Notes under the pieces: generated by a model
Database searches by the model: none
Told to the model about the DNA's origin: nothing
Seen by the model: the letters and a program-made list of their open reading frames with translations, nothing else
Assembly (NCBI GenBank): GCA_051362555.1
Contig: CM120641.1
Location: 7,254,001 to 7,318,000 of the forward strand
Direction: 5' to 3'
DNA: 64,000 nucleotides
Source of the DNA: Lingula anatina
Taxonomy: Eukaryota > Animalia > Brachiopoda
Shown: piece after piece, positions 48,472-60,247 of the stretch
How positions within the stretch are numbered: the stretch's first letter is position 1
Layout of the letters: every line of letters starts with the position of its first letter
Program-made: the position numbers and the translations under genes

Positions 48472-51400
48472 ATGGGAGACCAACAGCATTTTGAGATCCA
48501 GCGAGCATTGAAGTACACTGACTTCATGGAGGAAAATCTACCATTATCTTTGGTAAAAGATGGAAAAAGCAATGGAGCATATTACATGATGGATGATGAC
48601 CACAGAAAAAATATTCAAACATATCCAAATGAAGTGGGAAATAGGCCAAATGAATGGAGTCTGGATCTAATTTCAAAACCACGCTCTCGATCACTTTGCA
48701 CCCCATATAACAATTTAGCTTTTGTGCAAGAAGTGGATATTGATCTAGAAGGGGAGCAGCGTTGTGAATTACCAACAAGGCAGAGATCTGTTTCATTTGA
48801 TTTGGTAGATGAAGATCCATCCAGATTAATTCGAAACACATATGGCCATTGTCCTGAAAATGAGGTGAGTAATATTGCTGTAAGAAATCTGTGATTAAGA
48901 ATAAAAATTGAAAAAGGAATAATAATAATTTTCTTGTTTACTGTTTGGCTTTTTAATTTTTTTATTCAAAATTATTCTTAATTTTAGTCTTAAGTTACGA
49001 ATCTCATTTAAGGCATTTATAATTGTATCAAATTAGGAAGCATTCTTCCTTTTTCTGATCCAGAATTTTAATTACTAGAATATGTAGGAGATTGGGCGAG
49101 GTCCAGATTTTCCCCTCCTTCAGCATGTCTGTGAATGTGCAAAAAGATATTTAGTAACTCTTTATAAAAATGGTAATTATGTGGCCAGCTGTGTCCCCTG
49201 ACTCATTTCTTTTTTCTTTTTTTTTTTAACTTCTATTCCTACATATTGTGAATTTCTTCAGACTTGTTGTGTGGGAAGGGAGGAGGTGACTGGAGACACT
49301 AACTTGCCCTTTAGACTCTTAAAAATAATTGTTTTTCACCTTGACCTGACTGAAGAGAGACAAACAAATTTTCAACTCTTGACAATGTATAAGTATATGC
49401 ATAAGTAGTATCTTTATCTTTTCAGATACCATATACTTCAATTTTCAATGACTGTCACAAAATTATATTACAGTTCAACATTGCAACTAATTTCAGATGC
49501 CAAGGGGCTATATTAAAATACATAAATCCCTTCCAAATGGATTTTCATCAGCTTCCAATCTAGATATTTTTTCAAATGGTGTCAGACCTGCATTGCATAG
49601 AAGCTCTTCAGTTGGGTCATTTTCACGGTTCCCTGCCCCACTGAGAAGAACTAACAGTGTTGTGTCCACCACCAGCACATATCCTGAGCTTACAAATGAG
49701 GTAAGGTACAGAACATGGTGTGCTTCTCAGGTTTACAATAAGTTGAATCTAATATACACAATGAAATCTTTTATTTGTAGCATACATGTTAATAAGGCAT
49801 TGATAAGATATATATATATAAGAGGATTACTATAATTGATTGCATTTGTAATATGATGTAAGTTTATGCAAAAACTTTGTAAAAAAATTCATATATTGTT
49901 GTAAATAATGTAAATGATCATCTGCTTGTACATCTTTTGACAACTTTAAATTGCAGCCTTTGCTAACATGCACAATTAAGTTTCCTTATTAACTTTTAAT
50001 TATTTTACCATATTTTACAGTAAATAATAATATGCTGTATTTAACAGGAACTACTTCTGGCAGCAGTTTATGTAGAAGATGCAGTTTGTGGCAGAGATAT
50101 GCACTTTAGAGAGGATGATAAATCTGTAAAGTATGTCTTGGACTATTTTTTTTAAATCAAGATTATCATAGATTCATATATTTCAAGATTTATAGATATT
50201 TAAATGTAATGGTTTATTTTTATTTTTTATTTTTTGGAAAAATACACTTGGAGGTACAGTGCATGAAAATAAATAAGTTGTTTGCTGCATGTTCAAAAGT
50301 AAAAAAAAAAATGGGAAAGGAAGAGCATGGAGGCACATATTATGTTCTTTCAGCTTATTTATTTATTTATTCTTTCAATTTAAATGTTTTTTGTTTGCAC
50401 TCAAATCTCTTGACCAAATCATACCCAGAGTTTTTGTATGCACCCCCCCCCCCTCAATAGCATTCCTCCATTCAGATCCCTTACTGTATTTCTCTATTTA
50501 AGGAGTTACAGATTGTACCATAGACCTGTCTGTCGGTGGATAATGTATATGTTCATCTGGGTTCACCTTGCCCTTGCTCTGTTTGAAGCACCAGCAGTAA
50601 ACAGACTAGTTTTACCATACTGGGTAAGTGGAAATACAATGAAGGAAAAAAGGGAAATCTATGAGGTCTTTTTTAAAAATTAAAACATTTTTTGAAGAAT
50701 TGATATGAAAAAATTAAATGATGAAGTTTTAACTTTTTATATCAACCTGAAGTTACAGTTGTACCTACCATTTCAGAATGATAATAGTCAAATATACTAT
50801 GTATATAAGGAATCAAAATTAGTAAGATTAAATAGCTCAGAAAATATTTAGTGGACTGGAAGCTTGTATATCAATTATATGTCACATTCCAAATATGTTT
50901 TTTAATTTCTTTCTAGGGCACTATGGCAGTAGAAATGCTTTGCCTCATTGCCTACATTTGCCGTTTTCTTCATCACAAACGTTTTGATGTGCATGAGAAT
51001 CTATGGGCTAATAAGAGATACCTGATTGTATTCATGCTAGTCGCTGTGGGTGTCCTGTGTTGAATTTATATACATATTTAATGTGTTTGGTTTGAAAATT
51101 AAGATAGTTTGTACTTTAAGTTACTTGCATTATAAACATTGTGATTTATATGTAAAGCAAGCACTTTTTACCATTTTTACTAAAAGAAGAAAAGTTATTT
51201 TTTCTGTCTTTCTTTCAATTTTTTCCCTCACTTATTTATCTATTTATGTTTTCATTTTTCTCTCTTTTTTTGGTGGTGGAGGGGGGGGTCGGATAGCTAA
51301 TATTTTAATAATCAGTGAATATTTTAAGAATCTTTTTTTCCAGCTGACCTGGCTTGACATGGTGATATATGTTATCTGGAACCAGTTTGGGTTTTTTGGT

Positions 51401-51475
51401 AATCACAAAGCTATCAGATGGTCACGCCCCCTCAGACCAGTTTTCTTGGCAGCATTTGGAAGACATGTAATTATA

Positions 51476-51509
<34 letters not shown>

Positions 51510-54500
51510 TGATGTATGCAGTATGTAGAAGTTATCATGATCTGAACACACAATTACACATTTATAATTTAGAATTTCCTAAGTAAAGTGCCAAAAAATC
51601 TATGTTACTGTATAGATTTTAAAATGTGGCATTTTTTCCCTTTGAAAAAAAAAATTCAATTTTACATCATTGTCTGGTCAATTGATTTGATTATCATTTT
51701 CAGCATTCATACAAATTTATTAGAAAGCAAAAATTGAGACCAAAACTTATCCTAGGCAGAAAAGCATCTGCTTCATCTGTTTTTCCTTCATCTAAAAAAA
51801 GGCATTGTTCAAATAAAGTATTTTCATTACAGGTGAGGAAAGCCTTTGAAAACATCAAAAGGACTCTTTCTGAGACACTGAATGTCCTGGCAGTTTTTAT
51901 TTTTGTTGTCTTCATGTTTTCACTACTGGCATTTAAAATGTTTTCTGAGAGGTGAGTTTTGTGAAACATAATGTAGTTGTCTTTTGTCATTGGGCTAGAC
52001 ATACCTTTACATGGATATATATTTGTATTGCCACAGGCAGATTAAAAGACAAAATTTCAAAAATTGATTTCTTGCTTTGTTTTATACAGCAAGTTGACCT
52101 ACCCAGATGGCTCAGGCTACTTTGTTGACTTCATTGATAGCATGTGGGACTTATATGTGCTTGTTACTACAGCAAACTTCCCAGATGTTATGTAAGTACC
52201 TGTATGTAACTATAGTTATCAATATTATAAAAAGTGTTGCTTTTTGATAGACATTTCAATTTAAAAAAAATTTTACATTTTGGTCAAAGAAATTATAGAA
52301 AAATATATATGATATGATATGATATGATATGCTTATTATTTATTTTACTTTTCAGGATGCCTGCCTACGACACCAATTCATTGTATGCCATATTTTTCAT
52401 CAGCTACATTTTCATTTGCTTGTATATTTTTGCCAGTATTGTATTGGCTGTCATTTACAACAACTACAAGCAAAATCTTAAGGTAAGTATTGTAATGTTT
52501 CTCTCCACTGTTGGAACGAAGTAGGTATTGTAAAATAATGTATCCCTTCACTGTTCGAAAATCATATGGAGACTTGAGTTGTCAGAGTTGGAAATTTAAA
52601 GAAATTTCCTAGTCTTTGATTTATTTTGAGATAATATTAAGATTTACCTAGAAAAATTGACAGTACTATATATATATATGTAAACATTGTGTAATAGATA
52701 CAATATACATGGGGAGTTGAGAGCTGTTTGTGAAATATGCACATGTGAATTATGAGAGAATATCAAATACACTTAAATGATGTGTGGCTAATTAAGTGAA
52801 AGAGTTTAGGCATTCTTGTTATTTGTTATCCAGTATGGAATTGATGAGCCCATATGCTATATAACCCAACTTGTGTATGGAGTTCTTCACGTCTGTGTTG
52901 TCCTAATATTCTTATGCAACTCCCAAATACTGGGTACATTTGTATTTCATATCAAAAAATGTTTATTCTAAATGATGAAATCTTATCTTATTATAATGTC
53001 CAAAACTTGTTGCAGAATGATGTGAAAAAATCAGTTCTAAACAAGAGAAAAAGGTTGATGAAGGCATTTGATATCCTTAAAGTGTGGAGGGAAAGAGAGT
53101 CCAGGTATATTGTGAATAGAGCAAGATGGCATAAATTGATGAAGATTGTAGCCCCAAACAGAAGTGAACTGCAGAGAGACCTTCTGCTGCATGTCTTGGA
53201 TGAAACTGGGGAAATGTGCCTAGGTGAGAGAAATGACAGGTTTGTTTAGGCTACACTGATTTAATATTATGGATGACATCCTCTGGAGACCCTGAAACTA
53301 ATGTGAGAGGAAAAAAATGCTTCCGAGGAGTTCCAATCGAGGAGGTGATTTTTTTTACTTTTGAGAACAGACGAAGCTTGATGCGTGCCCAGATATGTCA
53401 TCCATAAAATTAAATCGGTGTGGTCTAAGCTTGTTTAAAGTCGAAAACCCATATTGATTATCTCTGGAAAGGCAAGCAGAGAGAATTTTGTTACTGCACA
53501 TGTGATGTGAAAAGTCCCATAATTAACAAATAAGACATCAGTGTTTGTGGTGATTTCATTGAGACCAGGTATTAGTATCTGGAAATGTATAGATTATAGC
53601 ACTTTTTAACTTGTGCCCAATGTGAATAGACCTAATAAATGAGTTGTAGCTAATGCAATACCTTCGGCAAATATATGGCTGACAGAATCATAAACATAAA
53701 AAGAAATGTTTAAAACATCTGCTGTTAATCAACATTTGCTCTTGCTTGATCATAAACTGAAGCAAAGCAAAATTGTTACATTAACATTTTTCATGCTACA
53801 TATGTATATATTTACCTCTGTCAAGAAGGTTATGCATTTGGTTCCATTTATATGTCCGTTTGCAGTTGTCCATTTTGCTGAAATTTTCAGAAACTGTCAG
53901 GAATCAACCATGTTAGAAACTTTTAGGTTTTGGTGGTGATCCATTAATTTATTTATGGTTAATTATCAGTTTATTTTATATCTTTTTGTCTGTCAGTAAC
54001 ATTATGCAAAAATTTGTGTGCGAATTTTGTTTATTAGTTCATTATTAAATTAAAGTCCATTTGTCTGTTAATAAAAAGTGGAGGGATTATGGTGGGTAGA
54101 ATTTGATGGTGATTAATTGATGAATTAGTTGATTAATTTATTAATAAATTTATTTATTAATTAAGATATGGATCAAAATTTGGTGGTGATTTAGTGGAAG
54201 ATTTAGGGGGGGGGCAGGTCCTGAATCCCCTTCGGTTTCTGGGAAAAATTACACCAATATTCCCCTCTTGATATTAGAATTTTGAAGAGCTGAATTTCCT
54301 AGTTATGTTCAGGTTTTGTGTCCTATTTTATTTTACAGGAAGGAGTGAATTCCTGAAAGTGGCAGACATACTGAATATAGAACTGTCAGAAATAAAAGAC
54401 AGATCATTGTTGCTTGAAAGATATTGCTTTAGTTGCTACTTCTCCAAACCCAGCAAACTGGTCCAGAAAATAATCAGACATCCGTAAGTTAGTGCTTTTT

Positions 54501-57500
54501 TGAACCTGGAGTGGTTTAAGTTTTTGATATTATTTAACTCGTGGTCCCACAGTTGGATTGTTCTTGACTGTTTACCTGACGTTGATGTTATCAAGAATTT
54601 TCTTGTGGTAATAGCTAGGTTTTTACATACAGAGTATAGTCTGTATGTAGTATAGAGTAAAGTCTGTATATATTCTGATCACTATGTCTTTCCTCATCAT
54701 TGCCAGTGCTGTCACTGGTGTGTGATCATTGCCCAACAGATCTGCCAAACCATATTTTTGTTTATAATTTTTCCTATTAAGTGTCTGTATATTTGCATTC
54801 TTTGCTTTCTAGATTTAAACTGAAAATCTCAAATCTTAAAAATCTCATTCTGTAAATCTAGCAACAAATTTTATTTTTAAACTGTATTTTGAGCACTAAA
54901 CTCACTTTCCAGATATTCCCGGAATGCCATTGGAGTTATCATCATACTGAATTCCTTGGTGATGGTTATTGAAGATAAAATTCCAGTAATTTCTGATGCC
55001 TTGGAGTGGACATTTTTAGTCATATTTTTAGTGGAAATCATTCTGAAATTTTATGTCTTTGGATGTAGACGATTCTTCAGCAGATTCTGGAATATGTGAG
55101 ATATTATTACTAGTCTTAGAATGATCTATTTTATTCATTTTAATAAATGATTATATTGTGTTTAGGTATTAATAGAGAGAATTCAAAAACTAAAACAGAA
55201 TTTTGATATTAAGTTTCTATTCCAACTCATTTTACAAACAATTTTAATATGGAAGATTATAAAAAAAAAGAAATATTTGGTTTTTAGGCACTACAACAGC
55301 ATGTACAATTTTGTATTTTTGTATTTAATTTGTTTGTTTGATTGTTTGTTTCAGCTTTGACTTTATAGTTGTCAATGCTGCTTTGGTGACAAGATTAACT
55401 AATGTCATATTACAAGCAGGTATGTATCTTTGATTGCTGCATGTTTACAAGTTTGAGGAGAAACTTACTGAATCCTCTATGATTATGGATACACATAAGG
55501 CAGAATTAAATAGATAACAGATTTTATATTTCACATTTATATTTCACATTTTCTGTGTGAAATTTACGTATCTTGACAGTATATGGTTTGTGTAGAACCT
55601 GCAGTTATTGAAACAAATAAATACCATGTTTTTTTTCCAAGTTGGTGATACAGAGGATTCTCGGAAAGCACTGGAGTTTGTTCTGATCCTTCGAATCTTG
55701 AGACTTATGAAGGTCATGGAAGGCATTGAGAGGTAAAATTAAGATGATCAACATTGGTTGATGCTGCTGTGATGTCAATTACATGATTTTCAAACCAATT
55801 TACTGAGCTTTCTAAGACTGAACAACTATCTAATATACATTATTTTCATTTATGTGTAGAGGGATATTTCAGACTTTTGTTGATACCATAAATTTTCCTT
55901 GGTAATTCAAGAATATATGCAACAGGCATGTGATTCAGTCACACATTATAAATAAATCTATTTTGGTCTTATATCAGTACAAAGTTTTATATTTTATCTT
56001 TTTGTCGATGAATGTCACAGTAATTTGAAAAGGAACCAAAAAGTTAAAGTGCAGTACATCAATAACTCCCAGTGATTTGCATATTTCAAATTTTCCCAGC
56101 AGAAATCAAACCATTGCTATGGTGTTACCTCCACAATTTAACTGTTACCATTTCTTTACTTCATTTGTTTTCTGTAGGTTCAGAGTTGTCATCATTACAG
56201 TTATGAACATAGGTCCTTCCATACTTACATATGGTGGTATTATGTTTGTAAGTTAACTTGTGATCTGTTTAGTGTTTAGATTTAGCACTTATAACTACTT
56301 TTCCGTTTTATATAAGACCTTGCAGTGATGCTCTTTAATTTTTTTGTCTTATTTTAATAAATACTATAATTCTTTTCTGTAATTGATAAGTAGGTAAGAC
56401 ATGACACATTAACATAATATTTATTTTCAGATATTTTACTATTTTTTTGCCATCATCGGTATGGAATTGTTTGAAGGTAAAGTATCTTACAACATAACAG
56501 ATCCATCCCAGCAGTTCTGTGGAAACCCTTTGTTGAATGGCTCTGACTTTTACGCACTACGCTATTGTAAAAACAACTTCAACGACATCTTACATGCAAT
56601 GGTTATGATGTTTGAATTAACAGTGGTAAACCAGTGGCATGGTATCCTTTTGGAACATTGTTCTGCTTTGATTTTGAATTTTTTTAATCATTTTTAATTG
56701 ATTTTAAAATTATTCATTTTATTTCTTTTAAAGATAAGAAACTATTATTCTATCTTATTCTATTTTCTCCTTTTAATTCTATAGTATTCCTTCATTACAA
56801 TAATATGTATATATATATATATATTTTTTTTTTTTTAAGACCAATGTCCTTAGTAGATGTATTTTCATATATTAAATGTCAAAGCAGAAATAACTTTAAC
56901 TGACTTAAGTCATCACGGCTGGCTATGTTCAGGTCACAAGCAAAGCAGCAAGACTTTACTTCCTGGCTTTTCATATGATAAATGTTATCATGATACTGAA
57001 GTGAGTTAAAGGCATTCTCAATTTATGAAATTTGATTGAAATGTAGTTAAAATGTTCCTATGATATTAAAGTGGCACAGATGAGAATATAATGTTCATGT
57101 AATTGTAAAGTATATGATTATTGAATTCTCTGTTGTTCAAACTACTTTATATGATTTTTGTATATTAATCTATAATGAACGATGTGTTTCTTAATTATTG
57201 TCATTTGCTTTTCTGTGTCTTTTTAGTATATTTGTAGCTTTTGTATTGGAAGCCTTTATCTTGGAGTATTCTCTATCCAACCGTGAATTGATGAGCAGCA
57301 TTGAGAGGAAAATTGAGGAACTTGGACTCAACACTGACCGGATCATGTATGTAACGATCCAGTTTAGTGTTAGCCTAAGCCAGATCAGAATTGAAAACTG
57401 AGAGTCATATTCTTTGTTGTTCACTCTGGCCTGTGCTCTGCTTGTTATATGATACCAATTGTCCACCAAAGCATTGAGGAAAGAGCTGATTAATCTGCAT

Positions 57501-59078
57501 TTCATTGATTCAATCATGTGATTGGTATTTTTTACCATATAAATATTAAAAAAAAAATTAACACTTAAACAATTTAAGTATTTAAAAATACCTAAAATAA
57601 ATATTTTATCAAATTAGTGAAAATATATTTATGGCAAGATAATACTGACATATACCAGTACACTTAGAAATCTTATATGACAAACAATATTTGAACATTT
57701 ACCATGGATAAACATCTGAGTGTAGTAACTGACTTTTACTGGGGTCAGATCACAATTTGAACTACATCATTCTGAAAAAGAAGGTAATTGCACTGTATTT
57801 GTTTTTTGGCTAACACTTTCATCAAAGATAAACAAATGTTTAACCCAGTCTAGGCCAGGTCAGTTCACAAAAGTGGACTGCATTCTTAATCTAGCCTTAT
57901 ATACTAATTTTATTACTGTAATGATTCAATCTTTTCAATGGGGAAAACTACCAATCTTTCAGATACATATTTTTGGAATCATTAAAAATTATTTCTTTGT
58001 AGCATTTGTGTTGCATTTACTGTATAATATTACAGAACTCCTAAAGCCATTGTGAACATGAGAAGGGATAGCGCTGTGATTAGGAAGAACAGTATTTCAA
58101 GGTTAGGGCATTATAATTTTTTTTAACATCTAGTTTTTTGGTCACTCTCATAATGGAAATGGAGACTGGTGAACTTCACTTGTGATGGTTCAAATAATGA
58201 ATTTAAAACTGGAGACTGGGTTTATGGAAGGTAATTTTTTCAACTGATGTACATTATATATAATTGTGATTAAGAAATGTGCCAAAATTTCCAGGATTTT
58301 TTCTTTCTATATTAAGATCCTGAAGGTGTTATACTCCTTCAAAGTGGCATCATTAATCTTCTTTCAGACCAAACAATGGTAGCAAGCCAAGCAAGGGCAG
58401 TTGTCATAATCTTGAAATATTGGAACCATCTCAACTTGGCTCTGTAAGGAAAGGGAGTGTTGAAGAAACAAAGATGGAACAGCTCAAATTTCATCTTAAA
58501 AAGAAAAGTAAGTACTTGTAAACAGTTGTTATGCTCACCACTTGTACAATACAAGTTTCCAGGCCTGTTATATCTATATACACCTGCCATTTTCCACTGT
58601 CACAGTATCCACATACATATGGTCAGGTTTCTCTAAAAATGACTAGACATCATTACACTGAATTTCTTAAGGGCTTGCAAGTCCAACATTTTCATTTCAA
58701 ATAATGTATTCATGTATTTATTCATATTCATGAATTTACATAATTAATTTCAGTATTTATTTCTTAATTTATTTCTTCTAATTAGGAGTGTTTTGTTAAA
58801 TCTCTCAAAAAATCAAAGTAGATATGAATTCCCGAAGGTAAATGCTACATATCACAATTTCTTTCATCTTTATATAAAAGACATCCTTTACAGTTCAAAT
58901 ATTTTTCTAATTTAATATTTATTTTATTTCCTTTCTCATCTCATCAGGTCGCAAAAAGATGGAGGTTCTTTTGATGAACATGTTTGAGAAAGAGTTGAGT
59001 GACAGTGACTTTGAAGATGATCCTGAGCAATATGAAGTTGCACATCCCACCCAGCTGTCTCTAGAAACTGTTGTTTAA
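48472..59078 (+). CDS. TPC3-like two-pore channel, copy 3 (tandem duplicate of copy 2), 21 coding exons; start uncertain (48427, 48472 or 48526)
   Basis: Exons ~48472-48864, 49497-49700, 50048-50130, 50503-50623, 50917-51045, 51344-51466, 51833-51951, 52090-52191, 52356-52482, 53016-53223, 54339-54483, 54913-55095, 55355-55419, 55642-55732, 56178-56247, 56431-56641, 56910-57000, 57227-57346, 58036-58101, 58368-58507, 58948-59078. After the first exon, lengths match copy 2 except in-frame +6 and -12 nt indels. Confidence 0.9.
51477..51508. repeat. (TG)n microsatellite
   Basis: TG run just after the donor at 51467. Confidence 0.9.
53249..53425. mobile_element. MITE in a copy 3 intron
   Basis: ~31-bp imperfect TIR ggctacactgatttaatattatggatgacat / atgtcatccataaaattaaatcggtgtggtc with TA flanks; absent in copy 2 (~40250). 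Confidence 0.75.
53811..54303 (+). mobile_element. Non-autonomous Helentron (HINE)-like insertion in a copy 3 intron
   Basis: Starts tttacctctgtcaagaaggttatg, has internal tttggtggtgat repeats and ends ctagtt; absent in copy 2 (~40545). Confidence 0.5.
56642..56909 (+). other. U12-type GT-AG intron in TPC3 copy 3
   Basis: 5' GTATCCTTT, ACTTTAAC branch-like motif, terminal AAG. Splicing restores NQWH-V-ITAGYV. Confidence 0.85.
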
Positions 59079-60247
59079 TCCACCAAGAATGCCTCACTCA
59101 GTTATTAATGGGACTAAAGGCTAAGGTGTTTCAGACATCTTGCCCTCCCCTCCCCCCCAAAAAAAATTACTCCTTATCATGCAGTCCTTTTAGATATTTT
59201 AAATCTAATTGGTCAGACAACCTGCATTTGTTAAGATATTGGACGCTACATGCAGGTTGTCTGTTTGAGCCTTTATTGATCCACTACAATCCACTACATA
59301 GACACTTGTTACATGTATTGTTCAGGGCTTTTGCGCTAATGATTTCATATATTATATATTTACTGTAATTCAATTAGAGAAATTGACTCATTACAGATGA
59401 AGCAAAATTTTGAGGTCTTAAAATGTCCTTTGCCTTGCAAAGCCAACGTGACACCAATCATTTTATTATGCATATCACTCAAAAATGACCCGAGTGGACC
59501 AAGTATTTGCATCTATATTCTCAGAAAATTACTTTAAAATGCTTAGAAACCATTTAACACATTTCTAAAAGTTGTCCTCCATTTATGAAATGGTTTATCA
59601 ATAAACAAGACATTGCCTGGGATAAGGGATAAAATAAGAATATGAGTTGAAGATTTATTTCTGCTAAACCTGATCCAGACAAAATCATCATCATCATCCT
59701 CACAACATCATTAATACATCACTTTACTTGATACACTTCACTTAATATCTCTAGTGAATTTAGCACACTTAACTTGATACACTTCCCTTAATACCACTAG
59801 TGAATTTAGCACACTTAAGTTTTTCTCAAAATTAAAACATAAAACCAAGTGCTTCAACATAATGTCTTCATTTGATATACTTAAAAAGCATGATATATAC
59901 ATGAACAAAAATGTGTATGTATATGTGTAGAATGCACAAACATATCTTCACTACAGATATTTTTAACTTCCTCACTTACTGAAACTTTTCTAGCTGCAAG
60001 AAAGAGCTAATCTTGTGCTTGTGGTAGGATTTCTTTCAAATAAGTGCAATGAAGTGTTGGTAAATTTTAATAGCCCTTCAAAGTTCGTTGGTTGTACTTA
60101 TACATCAATGAAGGTATTGACATGTAAGCAAGTACTAACAGTTTTGAGTAAAAAAAATGATTTGCAGTGTCAAAACTACACTCCTATGTACATGTGTGGT
60201 GGTATGCAAAAGTTATTTCATATCTTCTTTAAATTTACATGAATACT

